Assembly: GCA_000934665.2 (NCBI GenBank)
Contig: JYFJ02001507.1
Coordinates: 1 to 64,000 of the forward strand
Length of the DNA stretch: 64,000 nt
Reading direction: 5' to 3'
Source of the DNA: Catajapyx aquilonaris
Taxonomy: Eukaryota
Shown here: piece after piece, positions 50,502 through 63,264 of the stretch
How the letters are laid out: every line of letters begins with the position of its first letter
Position numbering within the stretch: the stretch's first letter is position 1
Made by a program: the position numbers and the translations under genes
The notes under the pieces: generated by a model
Seen by the model: the letters and a program-made list of their open reading frames with translations, nothing else
Database searches by the model: none
What the model was told of the DNA's origin: nothing

Positions 50502-51234
50502 ATGGTGGTACGTACGCTTCCGTACTGTACGGAGATAAATATTTTGAAACCTAGACCTTGTGTCCATTTCTAGAAAATAAGCCTTCAGATTAAGGCGAAT
50601 GTTGAGAATGTGACTGACCTTCGACCGGAAGATAATGACTTTCGGTGGTACCTGAAGGTATGTGCAGCTGCTCTCGTTACGTTGTTGTAATCTGTTCATG
50701 GTATCCGTATTGGGATTTCAGCTGCGATGCCTGAACTGTGGCGAAGTACCAGACAAATGGCAGTATGTGAGTGGTACTGAATCAGCCCCGTTGAAGGGAG
50801 GGAGAGGTTCGGCCAATTTGGTCAGCAAGTGCAGGCTATGCTCCAGGGAAAATTCAATCGGTATAGTTATCTTTGAACAATTTTAATTTGGGTGTAACGT
50901 CTGTTCTGCATCTTCAGACATCATCAAGGATAGTATCAAGCCTTACTCTTCCGAGAGCCAAGGAAGATTCAAGACTGTCGTGACTTTTGACTGCCGAGGA
51001 ATGGAACCCACTGACTTTTCTCCAAGAGTACGCTGCTCTGATACATGAAACAGAACTGTGTGTTTATGATAAACTTTCTATTGCTAGAACGGTTGGTTTG
51101 CCAAGGGTGAGGAAACGAGCACCAGCTTCAGTAACGTCGACTTGTCAGAGAAGGAGTGGGCAGACTTCGACGAGCAGGCGAAACTTCCAACTGTGATCGA
51201 CGAACTGGAGCATCAGTTTGTCAAGGAAAAATAA
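50502..51234 (+). CDS. CZIB: CXXC motif containing zinc binding protein (C1orf123/UPF0587/DUF866)
   Basis: Exons 50502-50507, 50574-50657, 50722-50860, 50918-51027, 51088-51234. Shows MVKISLQIKANVENVT, FRWYLKLRCLNCGE, LKGGRGSANLVSKCRLC and FDCRGMEP. Confidence 0.93.
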
Positions 51235-51308
51235 TGAAAAGAACCCAACGGATCCGAAATAAAGCTGCAGATTCATATTCAAACCATGTATTATGAAGGC
51301 ACATGTTT

Positions 51309-53999
51309 TCAGGACATCGCAAGAGCCTTTTGGGCCATTAAAATCGCTCCCTCCTTGGTCACATTCCCTCCGATGAATCCAACCGAGTGGACAAACACAC
51401 ATCCTGGTATCCCGGACACTTTCGTCAACTCCTCGTCCCTCAAGCCCCGCCAGGATTCCGGTAGAAATTTCCTGAAAAATCCACAGATAATATTTTAAAA
51501 ATTACTCGCTGTAAAATAACGTCTACTCTTGTAAGATGTAACTGGTTGCCATGTAACCCCATTGCCATTTCAATCTATTGTGATGGTAGCATGTTGTCAA
51601 TTGCCATGAAAACAATTTGCAATGTACTCCTATTTCCATTGCAATCTGTTGCCATGTAACCTCATTGCCATGGTAACATGTCACGTAATCCTGTTGCCAT
51701 GGACAGACAAACTTTCCCTTATATACTTGTACATGTGAGATACTGTACCTGCACTCGAAGGATGTGTCAGAGAGAGGCACGCACTGCACCCTCCACTTCC
51801 CACTCTGGTCGCCAAATATGACGTAGACCTGGTCTTTCCCTACATCCAGCTCTTTTTCCAGGGTGAAAAGGTGTTCCTTCCAAGGGCAGGAGGTTTCCAG
51901 GAAGACTATTTGTCCGCCCGAGTCGACGTCATATCTCTTCTCGATTGCAGACTTCACCTTCTCGCGGGCGGGAAGCCAGACCTTGCTGTAGTAATGGACT
52001 CGGTCTGTGAATTCGGATCCGACCAGTTTCATGGCCTTGTTGAATGCCGCTGTCTCGTCCGGATTCTGTTCGGTCCAAGGCGGATTGAGGTGGCCAACTC
52101 GGGCGCTCAAGGTGGTCGTTACTTTGTATCTGCAACAAGCATAATTTTTAAGCTCAAAGTGGACATCTTTCTAAGAGCGTGTGTACCTAGGATTTCCGTC
52201 GTGTGTGGATATCCCGTTGTCAATAGCATCAATTTCCTCCATCAAGTTTTCGTACACTTTATCGTATATTTTCTCCAGCACAGGGTCGTCCGCTGGCATC
52301 TTCAGTAGTTGTGAAATCACGTGCTTCCCAAAATGAGCGTAGATCAATCCAGCGCTGCTAAGCTTCGTTACCCAGTACTTCCCTTCCTTCAGTGTGCTCA
52401 TCGAATGGTTAAAACCTCTGCAATGATAATTACCAATAATCTTAACAGTCCGATAACAAGCTCAGTCAGAAGCGAACCTCTGGTGATGATCAAATCGTTT
52501 CTTCTCAGCGTCAAACACCCCTCCGACGTCCACTACGATTGTGCACGTGTCCAGTTTGCTTTGGTCCCTCGTTCTGCGAAATAAACACACCCAATATTAA
52601 GAAATGCCTATATAATAATAAAGACAATTATTCCACCTGATTATCTCAGCATCTTTGTACTCCGGCAGCAGCTTGAGCATGAAGCAGGCGAGGACCTCAT
52701 CGCAATGAAACACTCCATTATGAGTCCCAATCGTCAAGCCCTTGCTCCTCTTCGGTTCAGGACTTTCCGCCATCATTCTAATCAAACCTGCATGGTAATT
52801 AAAACGCCAGTTTTCATTAATAATCCCTAGTTGCTTATTTTAAAACAGTTAATGATCACCAAGCTGCTTATTTATAAGCAGTTAATGACACGAGTGTGCT
52901 TATTTTATAGCAGCTAATGATTACTATGCTGCTTATTTTACAGCAGTTAATGATCCCTTAGCTGCTTATTTATAAGCAGTTAATGACATGAGTGTGCTTA
53001 TTTTATAGCAGCTAATGATCACGATGCTGCTTATTTTACAGCAGTTAATGATCACTATGCTGCTTATTTTACAGCAGTTCATGATCACTTAGCTGCTTAT
53101 TTATAAGCAGTTAATGACACGAGTGTGCTTATTTTATAGCAGCTAATGATCACCATGCTGCTTATTTTATAGCAGCTAATGACACGAGTGTGCTTATTTT
53201 ATAGCAGCTAATGATTACTATGCTGCTTATTTTACAGCAGTTAATTATCACTTAGCTGCTTATTTTACAGCAGTTAATTATCACTTAGCTGCTTATTTTA
53301 CAGCAGTTAATTATCACTTAGCTGCTTATTTATAAGCAGTTAATGACATGAGTGTGCTTATTTTATAGCAGCTAATGATCACTATGCTGCTTATTTTATA
53401 GCAGCTAGTGACATGAGTGTGCTTATTTTATAGCCGCTAATGATCACTAAGCTGCTTATTTTATAGCAGTTTGAGCAGAATGTGCTTATTTTATAGCAGT
53501 TTGAGCCTAATGTGCTTATTTTATAGGAGCTAATGATCCAAGTCACTAAGGTGCTTATTTTATGGCATGATCATTAAGCGGCTTATTTTATAGCAGTTAA
53601 TGAGACTAAGTGGCTTATTTTTAAAGCAGTTAATTTTCAGTATATTCGCTTTTCCTATTTTCCTATGAATAGTGTCACATCTTTATAATATTAAAGGTGT
53701 GTTAACCTCTCTGACGTGTAACGTACAGTTAATTGTAATTGTGCAGATAAACCCACACTGATTTGCATAGAGTTAAGTACCGGTACTGTTGATTATTACC
53801 CAATAAGTTTTGTAATTATTACGGGTAATGTACACATGATAATAACGCCGTGTAATTAGCGGAACTTACACCTGAAGTGTTGCTGGCTTCCTCCCCTAAC
53901 TCCGGACCAGTTCTGCTTGCTCGAAATCCCGATATATCCAGCAAATAACTCACTAATTAATCGCACCTCATTAATAATCCTCCCGAAACGAAGTGCCAT
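51309..53999 (-). CDS. MYG1: MYG1 exonuclease
   Basis: Exons 53870-53999, 52637-52787, 52478-52573, 52187-52417, 51749-52129, 51309-51471. Shows [44 protein letters not shown] and WRGLRD. Confidence 0.94.
52828..53635. repeat. Approximately 30-31-bp minisatellite in MYG1 intron 1
   Basis: gctgcttattttatagcagctaatgatcact-type units with variant subunits. Confidence 0.95.
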
Positions 54000-55810
54000 G
54001 AGCGGCGTCCGGCAAACATGGCAACCACGCACATCGATACTAACCAGATTCCCCTTTTTTTTACTTTATAAGTATTACACTTCCATAACTTACATATCAT
54101 ATATAAAGCGCCGAAAATTCATACTTGTCTGTTTATTAATTAAAAAATTTGCAATGGCTGTCACTCTGCATGTGTGAAAACAAGCAGCTTACAAGCGGTG
54201 TATGTAACCGTTATTTTTCAACACAGTAGCAGCTTACTTGTCCGCAACAAATCGCACCGACAAGTGCTATAACCGTTACTTTTCTATTAAGTGCGGATAT
54301 ATCAGTTGGCGACATTAGTCTGTCGTTGCAACGTTGCCACATTCCCCAGTCAATTTTTTTTGTGCAGTCGGCCCGCAGGGTTGTCAAATGGAGCGAAGTA
54401 TCGACACCTGCTGCTACCGCCACACTTCTTCTTTTTTTTCCCCCTTCTCTTCTTTCTCCGGCATTTTGTGTGTGCGTCTCTCTCCTGTGCAGAGTCGCCC
54501 CGCATCTCTTTGCCGTACAGAGAGACCACAGCAGGAAGAAGAAGAAGAATCGGCCGGTTCGTATTGCTGCTGCGAGTATGAGCCATTTCAGGGTCATTTC
54601 GTGGGGAGGGTTGTACTGTGAGAGAATAAGCCTAGGTCGGATCGAATGAGGAGGCGGAGGGAGGGAGGGTGACAAGAGCCGGTGGGTGGGGGGTGGGATG
54701 GAATAAAAATCGAACACCACATTGCAACATTATGCACTGTGTACGCGCTTACCTAGTGTACGCCACTTCTATGTACGCATCTCACCTTATGTGGATGGCC
54801 AAAAAAGCCCCAGTTAATTTATTGCTGTGATATATATATATTTTTTGGGGCTCCTAGTAGCAGTCTCTGTACATTCATGTTCACTGGCTGATTTTTTTAA
54901 AAAAAGGAAACAACTATTTTGGTTTTCAAGATAAGGCGGCTAGAATATGCGAGAGGGAATGCGGATGACATTTTGTTGACTAGTTTTGTTTGCAGTAGAC
55001 CTATGCAAGGTTTTGGGACATTAGGATAGTTATAATATGAAGGAAGGCCTAATAGGTTTACAACGTCTCCAACAGGAATGAACATGTCTCTCAGGAACGC
55101 AAATTGAAGGGTGGCGATGCCAGAGGATATTTTGTAGGAATGAGCGTTGTTGGGTTTTTAAAAAAAGATCCTTTGCAGATGTACTGTATAAAGAATTCAC
55201 TTTTATTTTTGAAAAGAGAAAAGTATCCTATGATATCCAGCTCCTTTCTGATTAGGAAAACTGGCTGTCAAATTTCTTCCTGATCATAACTCACACTATG
55301 TATACCATGTGTATAACACTTGACATGCAGCTGTTTGCGTCACTTATAATGTATATTGCAATACGGCAGCACGTAGGAATTATTTTAACAGCTGACGGTA
55401 ACTGTTGAAGTCCACAACTACACCAGTGAGTGCTACTTGTGGCAAACAGAGCCTTTCAAACAACATAAAACTTTTATTGTAATCGTAACATTTTCCAATC
55501 AAGTTTATTGATTGTTCAAGTACTACATGGCGCAAAATGATGGAGGCTATTTTTCACTGCAACCAAATGAAACCTTGTCTCCTGCTTTTTGATCATTGAA
55601 ATACTGTTGTTGATCCGAAAATTAATGTGACTTCCCAACTTGTCATGCTATCTCATTTTATTGCCGTAATCATTTTGTTTGTTCGGTGTTAAGTGTACTT
55701 TGCTTGTATATCAAGGCTGAAGCCTTTCATAGTTTCATTATTCGTCGACGCCACAACCTTTTCCAGAGCCATTGTAAGTCAGGTGAGGCTGAATCCTCAT
55801 TTGCCGGGAA

Positions 55811-58800
55811 ATGGATCACCACATGATGGATGAAGAGGGGCTTGACGAACGTGTGAACCAAGATCTGGATCAGCTGGAGAGCTTGGCAGACTATGGTGTG
55901 ATGGGAGAGTACCAGAAAGATGAGGGACCGTACGGAGGAAGGGGAGGCAGGCAAAGGAGCGGGTCTGACGAAGCAGAGGCTCGCTCCTCGCAGGGCTATT
56001 ATCACAGGCCGGATGATCGGGATCAGGAGAAACTAAGGTATGCCCCTAGGCGTGACGACTACAGACGCGATGACTACCAGAAGAGACGTGGTGGGTTCTC
56101 CCGCGGCGGAGGAGACAGGAGGTGGTACGGGAACACCCCACCACAGCGTCACTATGAAAGAAGCCCACCTAGATATGACAAGAGAGACAGTGGGGGGTAC
56201 CGCAGTATGGAGAAGCATCGTGACGAGGTATGAGCCATTCTGCACTGCAGTTGATGCTACTCGTTAAGATGTCCAGTTAACGCTACACAGTGTACTTAGC
56301 ACCATGCTTTTCAGGGATACCGTTCAATTCGCCGGTCCCCTCCCTCCCCCCCGATCCAGGCCCCGCCACCTCCCCGGTTCAATAAGCCTCCTTCCCCCAA
56401 CCGGTCCTGGACCCACCAGGTGGCCATGGCCTCGCAGCCGTACTACACCCAGCCGCCTCCCATGGCGATCCCTCCTCCCATGGGGATCCCTCCTCCTTCT
56501 CACCCGCAGGCTCCTACCCCTCCGCATATCCGGGGACACAACAGCTGGTCTCGCTCCCGATCTAGGTCCCCCTCAAGACGTGAGTGGGGGCGCGGTAGGA
56601 GCAGGAACGGAAACAGGAGCAGGAGTCGCGGGGACAGCTATTCCCCTGGCAGGAGAGGCCAGGTCAGTGGGGCGATATAGCTTGGGAAGCTATTTTTTGG
56701 TCAAATGATTTTCAGTATGCGAGGCAAAAGAGTTCATGTCACCAAGATACTGGTTATGTAAGAATGGAAAATCATTTACGTACTTGTAGGTAATTAGTGT
56801 AATTGTACCAATTCAGTTGAATGTACGTGCTCGACTTTTTATCACGAAAAGTAACATCTGTAGGCAGCGACATCTGCTTGTCAAAATTCTTTGAGGAAAC
56901 TTAAACATATATTAAACATTTTAACATGTAAAAATTGAAACCTTATCGAATTATTTAAAATAAATAATTTATCAAATGTTACCATTACCATTAATTACAT
57001 ATTGAAGCTAATTACATATTACAATTAAATATTGGAGTTAATTACATATTACAATTAATTGCAGTTAATTACAGATTACAATTGCAGTTAATTACATAAA
57101 ACAATTAATTGCAGTTAATTACATATTACAATTAAAGCTAAATTGTTAGAATTAATTGAAATCGGAAAACTAATTACAAATTAGACTGTTAAATGAAAAT
57201 TAGAAAATTTAAATATAAAGTGAACTAATTATAGTAATTCATATTAAAATTGAAAACATTAGAAATGTCATCTCGTACTGTCCTTTTTGTGTGAAATTAT
57301 TTTAATTAAAAATTAAAAATTACTACAATTGATTAGTATTGCAGTTAATTACTTAGTAAAATTATTAAAAACTGAATTGTTATTAAATATTAATTTAAAT
57401 CAGGAAACTAAATACAAATTAGAAAGTTAACTGAGAATTAGAAAATTAATTAAAATTGAAAATATTGTTATTAATATAATTAATTTTTTGTGACATCATG
57501 CTACAATTTTTAAATAATTTAAAAAGAGTATTAGCATAGTTTGCGTCTTGGAGACTTGAACATTTCCTCTTTGCCTCTCAGTACATGCATTAAAAATATT
57601 CCAGTCATCACTGAAGAGTTTTATGATTATTATTATTAAAACACAAGCCAAAAAGAAAGAAAGAAAATGCGCCAATGCTGTTTTAAATGTCAGGAGGCAA
57701 AAGTACGTTAATCATTCCTCCTTATTTCAGGACGCCTGTGAGGGTGCATAAAGTTGCCCTGGAATTATAATAAAAAAAAAGCAAATACACTTATCTCATT
57801 GAAATTTGGGCCCAAGTGCAAATTTATTTTCACACTGTGTCCGAGAGTTCAACTTGGAAGGATCCATCCCCCATAAAAAGAATAATGTGTGTGTTTCAAT
57901 TTTGAGACCATCATGGGTTTGTTGCATTAGTATTTTTTAAGTACTTTTACGGCGCTGAATGATCAACTTAATTTATATATTTTTTCAATTATTTTTGATA
58001 GGCGCTAATTGCAGAAAAAAAGAGCTGACCGTGCAACGCATTTTGATTTTCCAATTGCAGAAATACGGACAGAGCCGCAGAAGCTCGTCTTCTAGCAGCT
58101 CCTCCTCAGCATCGTCGGATTCCAGTGCTGAGGTGGAAAAGAAGTGTAAGTCATTCACACTGGAAAAAAAGTCGCCTGCTTTTTTGTTCGGTTTGTGTTG
58201 TTGCATGGAACATTTTTTTTTTTTGGCATGATGCTTTTTGCAGCACCGAAGAAGAAGAAGCCTCGTAAAAAGGAGCCTTCAACCCCACCAGGTATGGCCA
58301 GCTTCGTTTAATTTAATTTAATTATCTTGCATCCAGCATCTTCCGATGTTTCCGCATCTGACGAGATGATAGGAGCCAATTAATTATCTATTTGCGCAGG
58401 TGATGACGAAGAAGATCGTGCCAACCTTGTGAAGCAAAGGGATGTGTACTTGCAAAAATTGGCAGTTTTGGAGCAGCAAGAAGTGTTGCTTGCAAAGCAG
58501 CTGGCCGACCTACGACGCGGACAAGACAACAATCCGACATTACTTCAGGAGAATTTGCGGCTACAGGTAGACTTTTGTAATTAGTGTAAGAGGCAATTTA
58601 GGCTAATCGATCATCATAAGTCGAGAAGTATTCATGATGTTGCTCTAATTGCTAATGACTAATTTTTTTGTAAGATGATCCAATCAGTCAGGAATGAAAG
58701 GTGCAAGTCTCCGCCCCTTTATGGAAATTCTAGCTTGAGATGAAGTTTGAAGAGATCTCAACTCCAAATGAGTGAGATTCCTGCATGTTTACGTCAATGG

Positions 58801-60699
58801 TATGAATAAACATTCACTTTTTAGACGTACATAATTGCAGATAAATTGACCTCGTCAAGGTTCACCTGGAAGTCTGATGGAATCGATTACGTAACGTGAT
58901 GTTCAGGATGCTCGTTGTGTGAATTGGGACTTTGTGTAACTTTTTCTGTTCTTTTCTCTTTCAGACTGAAATCAAGAGCAAGGCACAAACCATTCGGGAT
59001 GTTGTGAACAAGATTAACATTGTCCTGGGCGATCCCGTGCTGGTAGAGAAGGAAGTGGTTGTTGAGCCGCCAGAGCCACCGCCAGTAATACTACCACCAC
59101 CAAAGCCAGCTGTGCCGAAACTTCCAACACCAACGCCAGTGCCAGTGCCAGCCGTTGTGGAACCATCTCCTGAACGTGACTCCAATGCCGTTTGGCATAT
59201 CCCTGCAAAAGTTGATTTCTTTGATTCAGGCCAACACTGGTGCAGAATCTGCAATGTGTTTCCGCTGACTATTAAAAGTCTGCTGAACCATTACATGAGC
59301 GAAGGGCACAGAGCTCAGATGCTTGTGAGTAATAACCAGCTGTATGTATTTAGCTGTCATGTTGTGTTCGAATTAATTGTGACGTAATCATATCCGATCC
59401 AATTTTGAGCTACTAAACAAAGGAAGATGTCTTGCAGGAAAAGAAAGTGGAGGAGCAGCCGTGGCACCAACGGCAAACAAAAGACGGAGGTCCGGATGAC
59501 CAAGAAGCGCTGGTGGCGTCGGGACTTGCAAAGAGGGAACCCCTGAAGGGCTGCCAGTTCTTTGTGCCAATGAGGGGCTGGTACTGCAAGCTGTGTGACT
59601 CCTGGATGGGAGATCACCACTGCGTCACCAAGCATCTGCACAGCCAGAGACATAACGCCAACTACGCTGTGAGTTTTAAGCAAACTGAAACAGGCCATGT
59701 GTAACATTATGATGTTTGGTAGCGATATGTCGAAGCACATCCGGACTGGGAGACCCGATACTGGTCAGAGAGGGCTGAAGCTCTGGAGGCGCTCGAGGAG
59801 GAAAAGGACGGAGTGCATAAGGCACCACGAGCTAAGGAGCCGCCTGCGCCGCCGCCTAAGGTGGAACCGCCATCGTACGATCCGCTGCCTGAAAAGGAGT
59901 TCAGGAATCCTCCGAAGCGCAACCAGGAGGAAGAAGACGCCTGGAGCCGCAGCATCCGAGTACAGATGCGCAACAAGCGTTGGAAAGAAGAGGCGCCGAG
60001 AGCCGAATCCAAGTGGGCTCCAGTCGACATCAGCAAGGAGAAGGATATGAAAAGGTATGGCTGTCTGCGTAACGAGGATAGGTCTACTTAATGTATCTCG
60101 ACAGATTGCCAACCGGGCGTGAGGACGGCGAGGACCGTCAAAAGCACCGGCGTCATCACCATCATCGCTACAACAAATCAGATGAAGAGGACGGTCCTAG
60201 TACGCCTCCTGACCACAAACGGAAGTCGATGGAGCAACGGACTCCACGGGCCAGACATAGCCCTGGAAAGGACATGCGAGCCACGAAGCGACCTCCGCCG
60301 CCTAAGCATGATCCGAACCGTTCTAGGGTGAAGCTGCCGTTCATCGGACGCATGCCTGTACTCCGCACGGCCCGGAAAAAGGAGCCGACGCCACCTAAAC
60401 AGACCCAGCCACCGCCGCAACCTAAACTTCCTCCGCCGCCTCCATCTCCTCCGCTCCCTGCACTTCCTCCAACCCTGCCACCCGCACCGCCTCCAGCCCC
60501 TGTCCACTACATGATGTATTCACAGCCGATCTTCCCGCAGCCTATGACAGAATATGTCGCACCCATACCGGCCCCGTTGCCAGTGGCGGACCCTCCATTG
60601 CCACCACAGAATATGTTGAGTGCAGACGAGATCGAGGAGATGAGGATGCTGGGAATTGATGTCAACGATGCTGCAGCGCAGGCTTTATCCACGCGCTGA
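55811..60699 (+). CDS. ZNF318-like matrin-type zinc finger protein with RS-rich, coiled-coil and Pro-rich regions
   Basis: Exons 55811-56227, 56315-56662, 58061-58145, 58244-58291, 58400-58566, 58965-59324, 59438-59668, 59723-60054, 60105-60699. Two fingers: FDSGQHWCRICN..NHYMSEGH and GCQFFVPMRGWYCKLCD..KHLHSQRH. Confidence 0.8.
56950..57530. repeat. AT-rich low-complexity intronic block
   Basis: gttaattacatattacaatt-type units. Confidence 0.7.
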
Positions 60700-60808
60700 T
60701 TGCAGGCATGAAAAAAAACACTTACTTTTTTTTTTGGATGTTTTTATTGTAGCACCCCTTTTGTCTGCCCCATTCATTTACAATGGACCAATCGAGAATA
60801 AATGGCGT

Positions 60809-62521
60809 CTATGTAGACTTATGTTGGAGTCGTAACAGGTTTTGAAGTCGGCCGAGTAGAAGTTGGCTCACGTCTTCTGGGTTGTGCTGTTTGGTACAAG
60901 TCACGTTAGCGTTAACCAGTTATTAAATTTAATTACACAGCTGACCTGTAGTATGTGAAGTCCGTGGGCAGTTAGGACGACAAACTCATTCAGGACGTCC
61001 CCGGTTATGTCCAGGTAGTCCAGCGAAAGGATTGGATTTGCGAAGCTCCGTTGCCAGGACAGCTCCCAGCTTCCCTTCACTAGGGAGTAGTTGTATACAA
61101 GCAGCTCCTGGCCGTACGTCCCCAGCAGGATCTCCTTCCGTCCATCCATGTCCACGTCCGCAAGTGTCGAGCACAGCACTGTGTCGAATCTCTCGCTCTT
61201 AGGAAGTGTGGATACGCTGCTCAGCCCATTAGCCGACACATCGCTGCAAAATACACACTGCTCATCCTGCATACTGAAGCGTGTGGTACTTACTTGTACA
61301 CACAAGACGGCTCCAGCGAATTTGTAACTAGAAGATTAACCGGACTTGGGCTTTCATCCGTGTCCGGTCGCCACTGTAAAAAATCCGGCGCTTTCATTCG
61401 GACGGTCAGCTCAAACAGCCGCACGGATGTGATTGGTCCGGAATGCTGGACATCCCAACTTCCGGTGATGAACTGCCCTTCCACTTTGAACACCCGGACT
61501 GCGCCGCACTCGCACCCGACTGCGGACAGTCTGCGCCCGTCCATCGCCTTGACATCCATCCAAAGCACGGTGCTGGGAAACGGTTGAGCAAACTCGGGGA
61601 ACAGCTCTCGGGCACTGCTTGTCTCCTGGTAGCGATGGTTGGCTGGGTCCTCCCTGTACACGTGCACCATGTGGTCGCTCCCACTCAGCAGCCAGGTGTA
61701 CTCATCGCCTGTCAGCGTGTGGAACAGATGGTACGGCACAAAGTCCAGCTCCAGCGACAGGCAGCTCTGCGCAACAGTCTCGAGGTCAAGGCGACTCCCG
61801 GATTCCCAGTCAGTGTAGATGTTCAAGTAATGACTAGACTCATTCTCTCCACTCTGCGGAAATTATGCAATGAGCAATGACATGGTGCCCGGCAAGTGCA
61901 CATGCAACTATAATTACATATACTCGCACATTAATAACTTTAAAATTATATTAAATGATTAAAACATAAGTAATGTACAAACAACTGAAATCGCAATGGA
62001 AAATAAATGATTATGTATAAGAAATGACAATAAATCCGTGACGTGCAGTACACCTTTGTGATGGTGATTCCGATGACAAAGTCGTTGCTGGTGAGTGACT
62101 TGTTGAAGGCGTCGATGGCGATGATCTCTGCCCCGCTTGGGATGTAGGTGAAGGGCACCTCCTTGGCGGCGGGGACTATGAGCCCCGGCTCCAGGCCCTG
62201 CACGTACTCGAAGGAGAAGACCTTCCTCTGCTGGGAGCTGGCCACCAGCAGCCTGTTGCTGAGCAGCGTCCCGCCCGGCCTGGTGCAGCAGCTGGTCTCC
62301 ACCACGGTGCACAGCCTGCACAGGGTGTACACGTTGGGCTGGGAGGGAAGGGCGAAGAGGTGGGCGTCCACCATGCAGCACAGTCTGCCGGACTGACCTC
62401 CTCTTCTGGTGCTGGTCTCTTCATCCTCATGGGCTGATGGTGGTGGGGGTGCTGCTGGTGGTGGTGCTGGATCTTCAGGAGGGAGAGGTTGTGAAGAGAC
62501 CTGTTCAACCTCTGACTCCAT
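60809..62521 (-). CDS. KPTN: Kaptin (KICSTOR subunit)
   Basis: Exons 62054-62521, 61294-61853, 60946-61243, 60809-60886. Shows SQPNVY, KEVPFTYIPSGAEIIAIDAFNKS, LDFVPYHL, LLSGSD and DVDMDGRKEILLGTYGQELL. Confidence 0.9.
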
Positions 62522-63236
62522 TTACTATAATGATACCATCGATCAGAAGAGCTTCGAATCGTCCGCACTTTTTTTTCGAAAAAATTGCGCCAAAAGGTTC
62601 ATGTAGAGTCGAGAAGAAGAACAAAACAAAAAACAAAAATAATGTATGTACTGTACACGAACTAGTACCGTTATGTGTATGTACTGTACATGAACTATAG
62701 TACTGTTAATTTGTTGCAATATTTTGCATGTGTCAGTAGCTGTAGCGTGCCTAGGTCCCTCGAGGGGCTGGATGGCACGTCATTTTTCCTGCTAAGTAAC
62801 ATTCAATTTTATGGGCCACATTATTAACAAAGTTTTGCCCAATATTGTTTATTATTACTTTGATTAAATAATTCACTCTCTAGAGGCCACATTTCATTTG
62901 TTCAATAATTGTTTATGACTCCTGATGTAAATGAGTTTTTAATTATTTAAACAAAAAAAAAAAAGGCAGGAAAAGCGTCCCGCACCATGAGTTGGAGCCT
63001 TGTCGCCGGCGGTGTGGCTTTTCATCAATCCAGCTCGCACACCATTGTCGTGACTCACGTAAACATGCGCAAGACATGTGTCGTGTGTGTTTACATGAGT
63101 CATGACAAACACTTTAATTTGTTTTCTTCCTTTAAATTATCTGTGAGCACCATATTGTCCTGCTGCCAGGTGCCTGCCTATGGAAGGCCCGGCCCGAGAA
63201 AGAGGAGCGGGTGATTGAGGTCCCCAATGGATGCGG

Positions 63237-63264
63237 CATAGACCTTAGAGCTCTAAGGTCTATG
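63237..63264. repeat. Perfect 28-bp palindrome
   Basis: catagaccttagag|ctctaaggtctatg. Confidence 0.9.

Noticed and set aside
54211..54720. Overlapping ORFs between MYG1 and the ZNF318-like gene
   Set aside because: Low-complexity translations with no domain. More likely a shared promoter or 5' UTR region.
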